The position numbers and the translations under genes are program-made. Of a stretch of 64,000 nt of DNA, positions 1 through 13,153 are shown piece after piece. The notes beneath the pieces were generated by a model. That model saw nothing but the letters and a program-made list of their open reading frames with translations. It made no database searches and had not been told where the DNA came from. Every line of letters begins with the position of its first letter. The stretch's first letter is position 1. This DNA is from Haliotis rubra (Eukaryota), in contig NW_025764992.1 of the NCBI RefSeq assembly GCF_003918875.1, forward strand, positions 434,001 through 498,000, written 5' to 3'.

Positions 1-830
1 AAATAGCAGTGAAGAGTACAGGAATGGAGCACTGAAAATCAGTGTTGGCACCAGGTGTTCGCGAGAACAAATGAAAACCCCTTTATCCATACATCTCGTA
101 CCTATGTACAAGAGTGTGTTTGGTATGTGTGCAAACCACTTATCATTTGACATAAATATACCTACTTCTAGTAGTGGTGGTCCGATTAATTGAAATAATC
201 GAAGATTGTTGGCAGTGACTAAACGACCAAGCAATCGATCATGTTTTCTCATAATCGAATTTTGGAACGCTTTTTGCATTAACAATATTTTTCACAAGGT
301 TGGTTTTGTCAGTTACATTTCCTGAGCACTACAAGCTCGTTCCAAGTCATGATTGAATTTATCTTCAAGCCCCAAGAAATTTATGTTTCTAACATACTAG
401 TCATCCTTTCAAGATGTGAAATTTGCCAAAAAAAACCTCCCAAGAACTACATGTTTTTTTCTTTATGTTTTTGTGCATTAACAAAAATAACCAGGAAAAT
501 TTCATAAATGACGCTAACCAATTATTTTCGATGACTGATCGGTTGCAATGAAGCAATCATCAAGTATGAGATTTTAACCAATTACCAACACTAACTTCCA
601 GTAATGCATTTAACTGAGTAAACATATTATGAATATGGCTGACTAAGGAACCTGCATCGTGTTTCAGATTACCTATATACGATTGTAAATACAAAACGTC
701 ATAACTACAGAAAACCATTCTCGATTTTTCAACAAAACAGACTGTTTTAAAGAGCAACATAGCGGTGACAAATCTATGCATGGGCCACGGTCAGTGAGAA
801 CAGTGATGACACCAGTTGATGACACCTCAC

Positions 831-1019
831 CTGTATATAGAAAGGTGTTGTCGTGGCCCCCTACGATCACGTCAACTCCCTGCACGAACTCTGCGATCCG
901 CTTGTCGACATCGAACCCAGAGTGACCGACCGCAATGATCTTGTTGATGCCCTGCTGCGCCAACATCGACACCTCTTTCTGTATGGTAGCTACTTCGTCC
1001 TCGAACACGAGGTCTTCAC
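831..1019 (-). CDS. NT5E: Gene 1 exon 3 (189 nt)
   Basis: TAG acceptor; FEDEV...KIIAVGHSGFDVD...GGHDNTFLYT; GTGAG donor. Confidence 0.92.
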
Positions 1020-4000
1020 CTATAATCCATTACGTGAGCATGTACAGTAAACTACGGTTATGACGAACTCGAAGGGACCAGTAATTTTAGTTCGTTATAA
1101 CCGAAGTTCGTAGGTACACAGGGTTATGCAGTGAGAATAATCGCGTTTACTTTATTCGTATTTAAAACACGCCTATTTTTTAATTTGCATTCATTTACAT
1201 GCGATATCTTTGAGTAGACATGTGCGGTGAAGATAGAAAAGGCTGCCATGAGGTGCATCTAAATTTGTGTATTCGGGTAGGGATGAAGGTATAGAGGGTA
1301 TTTAGGGCATAGGGATACATGATGAAGGTATAGAGGGTATTTAGGGCATACGGGTACGTGGTGAAGGTATAGAGAGTATTTAGGGCATACGGGTACGTGG
1401 TGAAGGTATAGAGAGTATTTAGGGCATACGGGTACGTGGTGAAGGTATAGAGAGTATTTAGGGCATACGGGTACGTGGTGAAGGTATAGAGGGTATTTAG
1501 GGCATACGGGTACGTGGTGAAGGTATAGAGTATTTAGGGCATACGATACATGATGAAAGTATAGGGTACGTGGTGAAGGTATATAGAGTATTTAGGGCAT
1601 ACGGGTGCGTGGTGAAGGTATAGAGAAGTATTTGTAAAAAGAGAATTATTTAGGGCATGCAGGGTACGTGGTGAAGGTATAGAGAATTATTTAGGGCATA
1701 CGGGTACGTGGTGAAGGTATAGAGGGTATTTAGGGCATACGGGTACGTGGTGAAGGTATAGAGTATTTAGGGCATACGGGTACATGATGAAAGTATAGAG
1801 AGTATTTAGGGCATAGGGGTACGTGGTGAAGGTATAGAGAGTATTTAGGGCATACGGGTACGTGGTGAAGGTATAGAGGGTATTTAGGGCATACGGGTAT
1901 ATGATGAGGGTAAAAAGGGTATTTAGGACATACGGGTACGTGGTGAAGGTATAGAGAGTATTTAGGGCATACGGGTACGTGGTGAAGGTATAGAGGGTAT
2001 TTAGGGCATATGGTACGTGGTGAAGGTATAGAGGGTATTTAGGGCATACGGGTACGTGGTGAACGTATATAGGGTATTTAGGGCATACGGGTACATGATG
2101 AAGGTAAAAAGGGTATTTAGGACATACGGGTACGTGGTGAAGGTATAGAGGGTATTTAGGGCATACGGGTACGTGGTGAAGGTATAGAGGGTATTTAGGG
2201 CATATGGGTACGTGGTGAAGGTATAGAGGGTATTTAGGGCATAGGGGTACATGATGAAGGTATAGAGAGTATTTAGGGCATACGGGTACGTGGTGAAGGT
2301 ATAGAGGGTATTTAGGGCATAGGGGTACGTGGTGAAGGTATAGAGAGTATTTAGGGCATACGGGTACGTGGTGAAGGTATAGAGGGTATTTAGGGCATAG
2401 GGGTACGTGGTGAAGGTATAGAGTATTTAGGGCATACGGGTACGTGGTGAAGGTATAGAGGGTATTTAGGGCATAGGGGTACGTGGTGAAGGTATAGAGA
2501 GTATTTAGGGCATACGGGTACGTGGTGAAGGTATAGAGGGTATTTAGGGCATACGGGTACATGACGAGGGTATTTAGGGCATACGGGTACCTGGTGAAGA
2601 TTCAGAATGTAGTTTCCCAGAAATTATTGAGAAAATCTTTGTTTCCTAAGACAGATAATTTAATTTTGAAATAGGTGTGATGTTATGTAGTAAGGTACTC
2701 AATATGGGAGGCAACTCTTGTAGGCTTAAGACTGAACCTTACTGCATCAAGAGTTATCTCCCCTGGTGTAGCAGACGGCTTCCTTTGTTGACATGGCAGA
2801 TTTGACCGCAGAAGAAAAACGAAAGCTGGTTCTAGATGATTTTGAAAGGGGTGTGACTAATGCAAAAGAGTTAGCTGGTAGACATGACATTCATCTGTCT
2901 ACAGTATACAGGACTTTGAAGAATATTCAATCAGGAGTTGGGATTGAGCAGGGAGGCCAAGGAAGTTCAGTACTTGGTCAGATTGTGAGTAGACGGACAT
3001 TGAAAAGTGTTGAGAATATCAGGAATGAGACGACTAAAAGAGGAAGTCTTCAGGTATGTAATGAAACCCTTTTGACAAGAACTACTAAGAGTTAACTGGG
3101 TGAAAAGGCGCGAATTTCCTTCACCATTGATACCATTAAAGATGCTCAAAAAGATAGACGTAACAAGTGGTGAAGGGCTCACGAAAATCAAGATTGGGAT
3201 AATGTTTCTTTTCTGGTGAAAGTTCTTTCTGGCTTTTACCGAACTGTGTGAAAATTTGGACAAAAGATATCGTGAAACCTATCTACCTCCGCCCAAAACA
3301 TAGCCCGAAATTTCACATGTAGGGCGGGATATCATCACGTGGAGTGACGCCGTTGTGTATTTTGCTGGAAATTTGACGAAGGAACGATATGTTGACATCT
3401 GAAATGATGCCCTCCTTCCAACGGCCCGAACACTGTATGAATATAACTGGATTTTTAAGCATGATAACGACCCAAAACACACTGGGAGCTACACAAAACA
3501 GTGGTTGTCGGACGAAAATGTTCAAGTTTTAGACTGGCCCAGCTACAGCCCAGGTCTTAACCCTATTGAGAATGTGTGGGGTCTAATGAAGGACAGAATA
3601 AACCAAAAAGGACCTAGAAATATTGAGGATATGAAGCAAAAAGTGGTCGACTATTGGGATACGCTGTCAAACGATTTCCCACAAACTTTGATCGGTAGTG
3701 TAGGCCTATCTATAGGCGCATCCAGTCGTGTATTGCAGGGCAAGGGGGGCTTACAAAATACTGAAAATACACTTGGACTGTAAGAGAATCATATCTCAAC
3801 ATATTCATTTTAGTAAAACTTCCATTGTTTATATACATGTATTAGATATTTGTCGAAACACCTTTGTGCCTTGTGAAGGTACAAAAGGTACGTGGGTTAC
3901 ACGGATACCTGGTGTAGATATTGAGGGTGTCTCCTGTGTAGTGTATCCAATGACCCCTATCCTCTCTCCTCCCACTGTAAAGATGTGGCTGTTTTTGAAC

Positions 4001-7000
4001 TTTGTTCGAAGTGGAGAGTCTTGGTTGAGAAGTCGAATGTTTGTACTCAACACGGGGAAGTTAGCAGCGTCGAGAAAAGGGATGAGACCAGACTGCCCCT
4101 TGTCAAACTCGTGGTTCCCCAAGGCCTGTTGAAGACAGGAAAGTGATCTACAACAGGCAACAGCGATAACACAGGCACTGGCACAGGCACTAGCCATTAC
4201 TAGGGGGTTTTACACTAAATATCTTAACTACAATTGATTGCACTGCTCATTTGATACGGTTTTGGTTTTGCTGTTTGTTTCTGTTTAATGCCGCGCTCTT
4301 CAACATGAATGATACAGCATGGCAGTCTGGAAATGATCGAGTCTGGACCAGACAATCTAGTGATCAATTTCACGAGTATCGATTTTCGCAATTGGAATAC
4401 TATGACATGCATCAAGTCAGCGAGCCTGACCACCCGATCCCGCTAGTATCCCCAACGACAAGCTTGGGTTGCTGAAGACAGTTCTAAACCGGATCGTCAT
4501 GAGTACATTTAATATACAGGTGGTATTAGGTAGGGAGTATGTGAAATATTGATGACCTCCACGTTTATGCAAGCCTTCTCATGCCACCCCGTAACTGACC
4601 ATCGCAGTCAGCAGCAACCCAGCTGCTAGACGGCGGCTTATAATAATCAAGTGTGCATCAGAAACACACCAGTGATGGATATTATGAGTATAGACCTATG
4701 ACGTCGAGGTATGACGGCACGCCATCAACCCACTCACCGATCATCCAATCAATTCGCATGTTACGGCCAGATTCCAAGGTACCACTGACTGAGTTTGGGT
4801 TTACGCCGCTTTTAGCAATATTCCAATCCAGCAACATCACGGCGGGGGACACCAGAAATGGGCTTCACACATTGTACCCATGTGGGGATTCGAACCCGGG
4901 TCTTTGGCGTGACGAGCCAACGCTTTAACCATTAGGCTACCCCACCGTCCCCAAGGTACCAATTCGAACCCGGAATCCCCACGATGTTGAATGTGAAACC
5001 ATGCAGTGGGATGGTTAATACACCAGAACCCTTTTACCCAATTATCGTTAGGTTCAAATATATGTATTTCATTTTTAACGCTGACAGGTACCTCTGTCGT
5101 TACCTGTAAATAGTAACAGAGGTATTGTACGAACATGCATTCCTTGTCCAGTCCCAAGTACAAAGTGGAAAGGTATAAAGGTATTTTATGACCACGTACC
5201 TTTGATTGTGTGGTGTTTACGGGGCAAAATATACGTCATGACAAAGGGGCCAGGTAGAAGGGGTGTTAAATGTCAAAGGGTATGTGAGAAGCGCTAACTA
5301 AGGTATAACCTACGTGTGGTGACCAAGAGTTCAAGGAAGAGGTTTAGTTTAATGAACCAAGCAGAAGGAGCACTGGAGGAAATCGGTGTCGGTTATAGAA
5401 GAAAGTTGTATAGCTTTGTTTAGGGCCAAGACAAATCTGTTGTGTTTGAGACGCCAAGGTTCTGGAGAGTTTAGTCGAAGGCATTCATGTTAGGTGTTTA
5501 CAGTGCGATGTAGAAGTGGTGTTTAAGAAACTGGTAGAATAGGTGCTTAAAGGGACCTATATCACGTGTACTAGGAAGCAAGAGTGTTAGAGGGGCATAG
5601 TGGGTGGCACGAATGTTGAAATGGTGGGTACTACATTTTTGTATGGTAGGAAACAGTAATCATAGAGTTGTGTGGTGGGGGATTGGTACGAGGGGAACGC
5701 AGGTGGAGTTGGGGTTGATGGTAGCACCAGTGTTGAAGTGGTGGGTATTTGTATGCCTGGAAGTTGTAGTCTTAGAGTTGTGGGTGGGTGGGTACATGGG
5801 GGGTTTACAATAGGTACGTGAAGGGTGGGGGTTGAGTTTGGGTTGATGGTAGCACCAGTGTTGAAGTGGTGGGTATTTGTATGCCTGGAAGTTGTAGTCT
5901 TAGAGTTGTGGGTGGGTACATGGGGGTTTACAATAGGTACGTGAAGGGTGGGGGTTGAGCTTGGGTTGATGGTAGCACCAGTGTTGAAGTGGTGGGTATT
6001 TGTATGCCTGGAAGTTGTAGTCTTAGAGTTGTGGGTGGGTGGGTACATGGGGGGTTTACAATAGGTACGTGAAGGGTGGGGGTTGAGCTTGGGTTGATGG
6101 TAGCACCAGTGTTGAAGTGGTGGGTATTTGTATGCCTGGAAGTTGTAGTCTTAGAGTTGTGGGTGGGTGGGTACATGGGGGGTTTACAATAGGTACGTGA
6201 AGGGTGGGGGTTGAGTTTGGGTTGATGGTAGCACCAGTGTTGAAGTGGTGGGTATTTGTATGCCTGGAAGTTGTAGTCTTAGAGTTGTGGGTGGGTACAT
6301 GGGGGTTTACAATAGGTACGTGAAGGGTGGGGGTTGATTTGGGTTGATGGTATGCCAGTGTTGAAGTGGTGGGTATTTGTATGCCTGGAAGCTGTAGTCT
6401 TAGAGTTGTGGGTGGGTACATGGAGGTTTACAATAGGTACGTGAAGGGTGGGGGTTGAGCTTGGGTTGATGGTAGCACCAGTGTTGAAGTGGTGGGTATT
6501 TGTATGCCTGGAAGTTGTAGTCTTAGAGTTGTGGGTGGGTACATGGAGGTTTACAATAGGTACGTGAAGGGTGGGGGTTGAGCTTGGGTTGATGGTAGCA
6601 CCAGTGTTGAAGTGGTGGGTATTTGTATGCCTGGAAGTTGTAGTCTTAGAGTTGTGGATGGGTACATGGGGGTTTACAATAGGTACGTGAAGGGTGGGGG
6701 TTGAGCTTGGGTTGATGGTAGCGATGGTAGCACAATCACCTAAAGCATGAGGCATATAGGGCAGGGACTGTAGATTTAACCTTTGTCCGAACATATTGTT
6801 CCATATACTATTTTCAATGGTCCATTCACATACTTTTCGCGGCTATTTTGTTTTCACGCCCAGGGGAATCTTATGCCTCGACGGATAATCGAGACATTAA
6901 CGACATTAAAGCTCTCCCCAACTGTGCTGCAAACGAACACATTTCTTAATGTGTTTCTGTTTTCATAAACAACGGAATCTCTGTATTTATCTCACACATG

Positions 7001-10000
7001 AATGGCGTTTTCTGATTGGCTGAGCGCTCTTCTATTATTTTCAATGTACCCCGCTTACAAGCGAGTAACATTTTCTATGTTACCCGCTGGGAACATACAC
7101 AGGGAACATAAAGAAACATAGAGGGTACATCATCAACCCATGCTACCCTCGTCACCAGTTAACAAATTACATTGCACACAGTATGTACTCGGCAAGGCGG
7201 AATTCGAAATTAGTTTATCGGTTTTAATTTCAGCAACGTCAGTACATACCCTAACGTGCAACATCGGTACATACGCTGTTTTTCTGGTCAATCACCTGAT
7301 TGCCAAGTTTGTACAGATACAGATACAGATACAGATAAGCTGCGTATCTGCGTAAATTACGCAAATATTTATGTGAAAACTCAATTCTTATTAAGTCTAT
7401 TGCGTACAAGTACGCATGAATTGTTGTAAATACTCAATATATTTGATCTTACATGCGAACACACAAAAGTGTCAAATCTTAGCTTGCGTACCTGTGAATT
7501 AGTTCCTGTCACTAAACCTACTAGAATTTGGTATAAGCAGACCCATGTGCTACAGATGGAGGTTACTGAGGATAGATAAAATAGCTGAGGTATATTGAGA
7601 GGTTCTTTTTCAGCACATGAACGTGGCAACTTGCAGTCTTTCTTATCGTGTCTCATATTACAGATCAAATATAAATAATCAAAAGTTAAACTTCATTATA
7701 TTTTTACAATTAATCGAAAATGGCAAAATACCAAACATAGTTTGAGTGAGGTGGGTACAATGTATTTGGTTACTGACAGGAAACTTAGGATACCCAATTG
7801 AGATGAACACAAGCGAGTACATAACTCAATGACCGAAAAAGTTATCTGTAGCTCTGCATGTTTATGCAAATCGTGTGTTTGGCAGGTGCTAACGGTAGGT
7901 TAAGACATGGTTACCATTTTCGTGAACATCTGGTTTCATCACGGATTTTCAATGATCCATTCATATGATTTTCACTATTATTTTGTTTAGGAGGATTATA
8001 GAGAGCGATTGTCTTCTAACGTTTAGGCTTTATAGTTATAGAGAATAGTAACAGCAGTGTAGTCTGTCTCACAGTCCCTGAACTACATTATTTTCCCTAC
8101 TGACTAGCTTTCCCCTGGAATGCTAAAGAACTAAATGAAGCAAGTCTAGATTTCCCCAGGTTCAGGAATCTCCAACTCACTGGGGCTCCTTTTCAATTTA
8201 AATGGGTTTATTTGTCACTATCAATGTTATATATATTCAGGGACCAAGCTTTAGTCTAAAAGCAATGGCGGAAGTGATGGGTACCTCAGGGTTTGTTTGC
8301 TTTTTGTTTAACGCCGTACTCAGTAATATTCCCGGCTTGTGACAGCGGTCTGTCAGTAATCGAGTCTGGACCAGACAAGCAAGTGATTGGCATCATGAGC
8401 ATCGATCAACGCAATGGGGACGTCAGTCAAGCCTGGGTCCCGATCCACAAAGCGATCGTAAAGTTACGACCTGTCGTAAATCTATAGTATATCACAGGCT
8501 TACCGATGTTGGAGCGCCACAAACGCTTAGGGGATCGGGACCCTGGCAACGCCCTTTACGACAAGCTTGGGTTGCTGAAGGCCTTTTACGACAAGCTTGG
8601 GTTGCTAGAGGCTAACCGAGCTCCACGGGTTCAAGGAAGCAGTCGTCTTAGAGGGGGCCTGGTATAATATATATGGGGTTTTAACGAGACAGAAAGCAGC
8701 AGTGTTATGTTATGGGCAAGAAAGCAGTAGGGGTCGGGCATATTGGTCTTTAGCGAGGTGAGTACCACCAGTGTCGAAAAGGTGTCTAAGCTAATTTACT
8801 GTTTGATTAGTCAGGTATTGAATTCATTTTGAAAACTTTGTAAACCACGCGACGTGTCAACGATAGAAATCGCGAGACGTGCTGCTTGAACCTCTGACAC
8901 AAAGTTAGTGAAAGTGTCTGTAACTGAACTATAGTCCACGTCACGCCATTTTCTGCTTTCTGAAGTTAATAGTACACAAACCGACCCGGGGCTTTGTAGG
9001 TAGTGTGTACATAGGGCGTGGTGGTCGCGTCCTCTGTATACACTCTGTATACTCTCTGTATACACTATGTATACACAGACAGTTCCTACCAAGTGCATGT
9101 ATTGTCGTACTCATTGCCCAGTCACGCTTATTGGCACGTACCTGTTGGGTCATTCACCTGGGTTTCGTAAGGTGCCTGTTCTTACCCATCGTCGAAACAC
9201 TATTTCTATTAACTATTTAGGAGATAAACATACTGTATTGGAAAATCAGAGGTATATAACGAAATTATAATAGCTCTAAATCTGATTTAAAACTAGCTCT
9301 AAATCTGATTTAAAACGTGCGTGAGATTTTAAATAAAACATCCAACTGTGTTGGAAAATCAGAGGTATATAACATGAATAAGACATCTGAATGACTTTAA
9401 TTAACCAATCACAAACCAGTATTTACTGAAATCATGGTAGAATATATTTTACCATTTGAACATTTTTAAGTAGTATTGTAATGCAAAACTGTTACGTGTC
9501 AAAAACATCGTATACTATTTGCAACTGGGATGTATTACACTGTTAACCTCGTTAATCTGGACCACACAATTCACAGTGGATTTAACATAGGCCCGTGTTT
9601 AACGATCAGATGCGAGTAAAAGCTCTTCCCAACAAACAACCACATAAAACAGCAATAGTAGCAGCAGCAGCACCACCACCACCAACTGCTACTACAACAA
9701 TTATAGTAGACACGAATGATCTAATGGTTTCCTTAATGTTTGTCAAAACTGTCAAGCTGTCATCATAACGGGTCTTGTTCTGTGACCGTATTTGATGTCA
9801 GCGGGGCATTGTATAGAACTGGTTTACCTTAAGCTTCTCTCTTTATATAGCCCTTCGAATTATTTTTATCTTTAGGTGTAGGTGAGCGAGGTTTAGTTCA
9901 CCTTCAAGATTACTGCACATATGCGCATGTGTGTTTATGTATCTGGTGTGTGTGTGGTGTGTAGGGTGTATGTAAGTGTGTTATGCTAGTCCGGACCAAT

Positions 10001-10732
10001 GCCGGTTTTAGCAGGTGCGAGCGGTCAGATACCATGTATATAATAACTACTCATTCACAGTGGACTAGCCCCGGTCAGTCTTTGTGTTCTTCCCGTAATG
10101 CAGAGAACAAAGCAGGGTAACAATCAGGACATGTGTTACCATAAATTATGTATCAGGTTCGACCCTTCGCTCTCCGGGCAGACGCGCTGTCCTCTACACC
10201 ACTGATTCGGTGTCTATCTAAAGACGGGACGGTGGGTTGGCCTAGTGGTCAAAGCATTCGCTCATCACGCCAAAGACCCGGGTTCAATTCCCCACATAGT
10301 TATAATGTGTGAAACCCATTTCTGGTGTCCCCCGCCCTGATATTGCTGAAATAATTCTAAAAGAGGCGTACTACCTAAATCAAACCATTCCTGGTAATCA
10401 TGACTCACCATGGCATCATATCCTAGATGGTTCATGAAAGTAGCCGTTCCGGCTCCCTGGAACTTGTAGAACCACAGGGTGCCACTAAACTGGTCTCCAC
10501 CATCGAGCAGAAGAGTGTTGGTTCGGGCACTCCTTATCTCCTGGATCTTAGTCTTGAGACGAGCGAAGCCCCCGTAACATTTCCCTTCAGCTGCATTGAC
10601 GGGGGAACACTGACCGCTGTACTTGTTGGTCTGCTCGATACGAGCGTGGACGTCGTTGGTGTGGAGGATGGTGAGGTTGAAGCTGACGGCCACAGCAGGC
10701 AGGATGAAGGCGATCAGAGGAAGGATGAACAT
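831..10732 (-). CDS. NT5E: Gene 1: ecto-5'-nucleotidase/apyrase (CD73-like), exons 1-3 only; continues beyond window start
   Basis: Exons 10732-10409, 4125-3909 and 1019-831, all GT-AG and phase-compatible. Signal peptide MFILPLIAFILPAVAVS; motifs HTNDVH, DGGDQFSGT, LGNHEFD, VGHSG, GGHDNTFLYTG. Confidence 0.93.
1044..1110 (+). mobile_element. pogo/Tigger-like MITE terminus (fragment)
   Basis: TA-CAGTAAACTACGGTTATGACGAACTC with internal inverted copy GTTCGTTATAACCG. Confidence 0.4.
1276..2600. repeat. 39-bp minisatellite in gene 1 intron 2
   Basis: Unit GGGTACGTGGTGAAGGTATAGAGGGTATTTAGGGCATAC, about 34 copies. Confidence 0.95.
2610..3800 (+). mobile_element. Degraded Tc1/mariner (DD34E-type) transposon
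   Basis: Left TIR CCAGAAATTATTGAGAA; HTH (LSTVYRTLK), HDNDPKH and WPSYSPGLNPIENVW; frameshifts and stops; right TIR not seen. Confidence 0.85.
3909..4125 (-). CDS. NT5E: Gene 1 exon 2 (217 nt)
   Basis: CAG acceptor; ALGNHEFDKG...IGVIGYTTQETPSISTP; GT donor. Confidence 0.92.
4258..4503 (-). mobile_element. SINE-like family B, degenerate copy
   Basis: Shares GAGTCTGGACCAGACAATC and GAGCCTGACCACCCGATCCCG with other copies. Confidence 0.75.
4785..4950 (-). mobile_element. tRNA-derived SINE family A with 11-bp TSD
   Basis: A box TAGCCTARTGG and B box GGTTCGAATCC; TSD CCAAGGTACCA on both sides. Confidence 0.9.
5640..6725. repeat. ~117-122-bp G-rich tandem repeat in gene 1 intron 1
   Basis: About 9 units of GGGTTGATGGTAGCACCAGTGTTGAAGTGGTGGG...GGTACGTGAAGGGTGGGGG. 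Confidence 0.93.
8290..8630 (-). mobile_element. SINE-like family B copy interrupted by a hairpin MITE
   Basis: Family B sequence on both sides of the 8436-8542 insert. Confidence 0.75.
8436..8542. mobile_element. Short foldback MITE with CTG target duplication
   Basis: TIR GGTCCCGATCC/GGATCGGGACC flanked by CTG and CTG. Confidence 0.75.
10225..10378 (+). mobile_element. SINE family A next to the gene 1 exon 1 donor
   Basis: GGGACGGTGGGTTGGCCTAGTGG...GGTTCAATTCCCCACA...TTTCTGGTGTCCCCC. Confidence 0.85.
10409..10732 (-). CDS. NT5E: Gene 1 exon 1 (324 nt)
   Basis: ATG at 10732; FNLTILHTNDVHARIEQ...LGYDAM then GTGAG donor. Confidence 0.92.
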
Positions 10733-11229
10733 TATGAGATGAGGAGCGACAAACAACTGTCACTTATCACGAGCGTCACAAGCACTAAGCTACTGAATGT
10801 GTACAGGAGTTGGTATACATGCGGGTAGATCAGGTGTTCCCATTCAGTCAACCGATTCACTGAGTAACCCTGCAGTGTCGTGGAGTTCAGGGCTGTCATG
10901 AAATGTGGACGGTTTACGAGGTGGAAGGACATTCATAATAACAATACATTCGTGACCAACTCGTGTTATTCCGGGAGGTTACGGAAAGGGGCGAGTGGTG
11001 ACGAATGAATAACAATACAGTGAAAATAAACACCCGCGGGACATGTGAAAAAGCGAACCCAGGGAAAACATGTCACCTATTGTATTTCTAAAACAGATGG
11101 AAGATTTGAAGGTTAAAAGCTGAAAAAGTCTGGATATCAATTTCTTCACAATTTGAAATCATTTTCCAAAACACAACGTAAACAGTGTGAAAAGTGATTT
11201 GATTGTCGCAAAAAAACATTGTGTACATG

Positions 11230-11760
11230 TTGTCAAAACACCACAAATATCGTATCCATTTGCGACGCTGCCAGAGCCTGACGTCGACGTTCCTGACACA
11301 CCGTGGACGATTCAGTCGATGTTGACGGGTTCATGACATGTCCCGAAATGGTCGACACACCCGAGCGCCCACAGCACCCAGTGGTCTCATCACTGTGTTC
11401 CTGCTGATGCGGTGACCCAACGCTGTTGATGACGTCGCGGTGAGAACCTGTTGCGCAAAAGTTGAATGCTCAAGTGATGGTGATCATGATGGTGTCAATC
11501 ACGGTCTTCTGAGAGTGTCAGATATCTGGCTGACATGTCTCATTATTGGCAAACAAGGATCAGTTCAGCACCGACCTGACAATTGACCCGTATTAGCATG
11601 TATGAGTTCCGCCCACTGGCACTTGCCATTGTTAGCGAGGGGCCCCAGGTTGTCCGCGATCAAGTGTAGTGCGACTTGCTACACCGAGTCTTATGAGCAA
11701 GGCGTGTGCAGCTACGCGCGGAATCAATATCATCGTCATACAATGCACGTGCACTAGCCT
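11230..11760 (-). mobile_element. Highly degraded Tc1-like transposase N-terminal relic upstream of gene 1
   Basis: Hand translation ISRNTVMRPLGAVGARVCRPFRDMS*TRQHRLNR resembles the Tc1 second HTH/RP-LT-RHR segment. Confidence 0.5.
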
Positions 11761-12747
11761 ACATCTACTCTACCTTTCACAAACCAAATGGGTTTGCTCA
11801 TTGCCGTGGACCGCCTACTTCTCTTAAACGCGTTCTCTGCGCCGGTCCAACTTATCCTTGTTTGCCAGTAGTCTCATGATACTTTGCTGACACGGCAATA
11901 TGGCTGTTCGAAACCCCATCTGCCACATTACAATGTTTCCTTCTCCCACAGCTGCTAATAATCTTGACATTATGATATGTGTCTTTAAGAAGGGAAACCA
12001 TTAACAATCCCATTCGATTATATTTATATGACAACAGGCACGTGGGATCAAACAAAATCATTAGTTTCCTGATATGGCACCTGTTGCAATGTTAAAGCAT
12101 ATATGTGGTGTTTTGGAAACTTTCAAAACAGTTTTCACAATATTTACGTTGTTTTTGTTAACATAAGCCCAAAACACCAGGTGTATACTTTCTTTTGTAC
12201 GTCAGTTTATATAAGTCAGTGCTGAGTGCATGTGGATACGCGCTGACTTTGGAGGAACAAGATCGTGATGAGATGTGTATTGAAGCTCCAAGAATCTACT
12301 TGGATACCTTGGTTCTGAATCTCATGCTTGTACGTGTTACGGACACGGATAAACAGCAGGGTCTGAACCAAGCAGAGAAAAATGCTTTGAAATCCATGAT
12401 CCTGCTGACTTTTAAATAAAATTAATGTTTCCGTTTCTAACAGAATGTATTGGAAGCACTGTGACATCGAAATATATGCTTTCTACCAGTTAGTGAAGTA
12501 CCCCACACAGAGAGACTGTACAACTTGTAATTGTACACCTGTAACGGTATACAAACATATATTTCTTAATATCCTTCGTCAGATTGAAAGAATGCCATTG
12601 ACGTAATCGTCTGATGACTACATCCTTCATGTCAGTTACTACCCAACACACTAATAATCAACAACCACCACAAGCACTATAACGACTACTTTACCACCAG
12701 AACTAAGGCGGTTATGAGTCCGCCAAACATGTTAATATGATAGGGAT

Positions 12748-13153
12748 NNNNNNNNNNNNNNNNNNNNNNNNNNNNNNNNNNNNNNNNNNNNNNNNNNNNN
12801 NNNNNNNNNNNNNNNNNNNNNNNNNNNNNNNNNNNNNNNNNNNNNNNNNNNNNNNNNNNNNNNNNNNNNNNNNNNNNNNNNNNNNNNNNNNNNNNNNNNN
12901 NNNNNNNNNNNNNNNNNNNNNNNNNNNNNNNNNNNNNNNNNNNNNNNNNNNNNNNNNNNNNNNNNNNNNNNNNNNNNNNNNNNNNNNNNNNNNNNNNNNN
13001 NNNNNNNNNNNNNNNNNNNNNNNNNNNNNNNNNNNNNNNNNNNNNNNNNNNNNNNNNNNNNNNNNNNNNNNNNNNNNNNNNNNNNNNNNNNNNNNNNNNN
13101 NNNNNNNNNNNNNNNNNNNNNNNNNNNNNNNNNNNNNNNNNNNNNNNNNNNNN
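12748..13153. other. Assembly gap (N run)
   Basis: Run of N. Confidence 1.

Noticed and set aside
1687-2562. Long repetitive ORFs (YPYALNTLYTFTT / LHHVPVCPKYP)
   Set aside because: Translation of a 39-bp intronic minisatellite; a unit length divisible by 3 explains the open frames.
4785-4950. tRNA-Asp-like sequences as functional tRNA genes
   Set aside because: No proper acceptor stem; each continues into a SINE body, tail and TSD.
5587-6794. Thr/Pro/His-rich mucin-like ORFs
   Set aside because: Products of the ~120-bp tandem repeat, with frame switches between units and no splice or start context.
10427-10828. Antisense ORFs over exon 1 (also 43792-44001 and 58962-59414)
   Set aside because: Shadow ORFs of GC3-rich nucleotidase exons.
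12195-12419. 74-aa ORF in the gene 1 / gene 2 spacer
   Set aside because: Non-ATG start and no recognisable motif or splice context.
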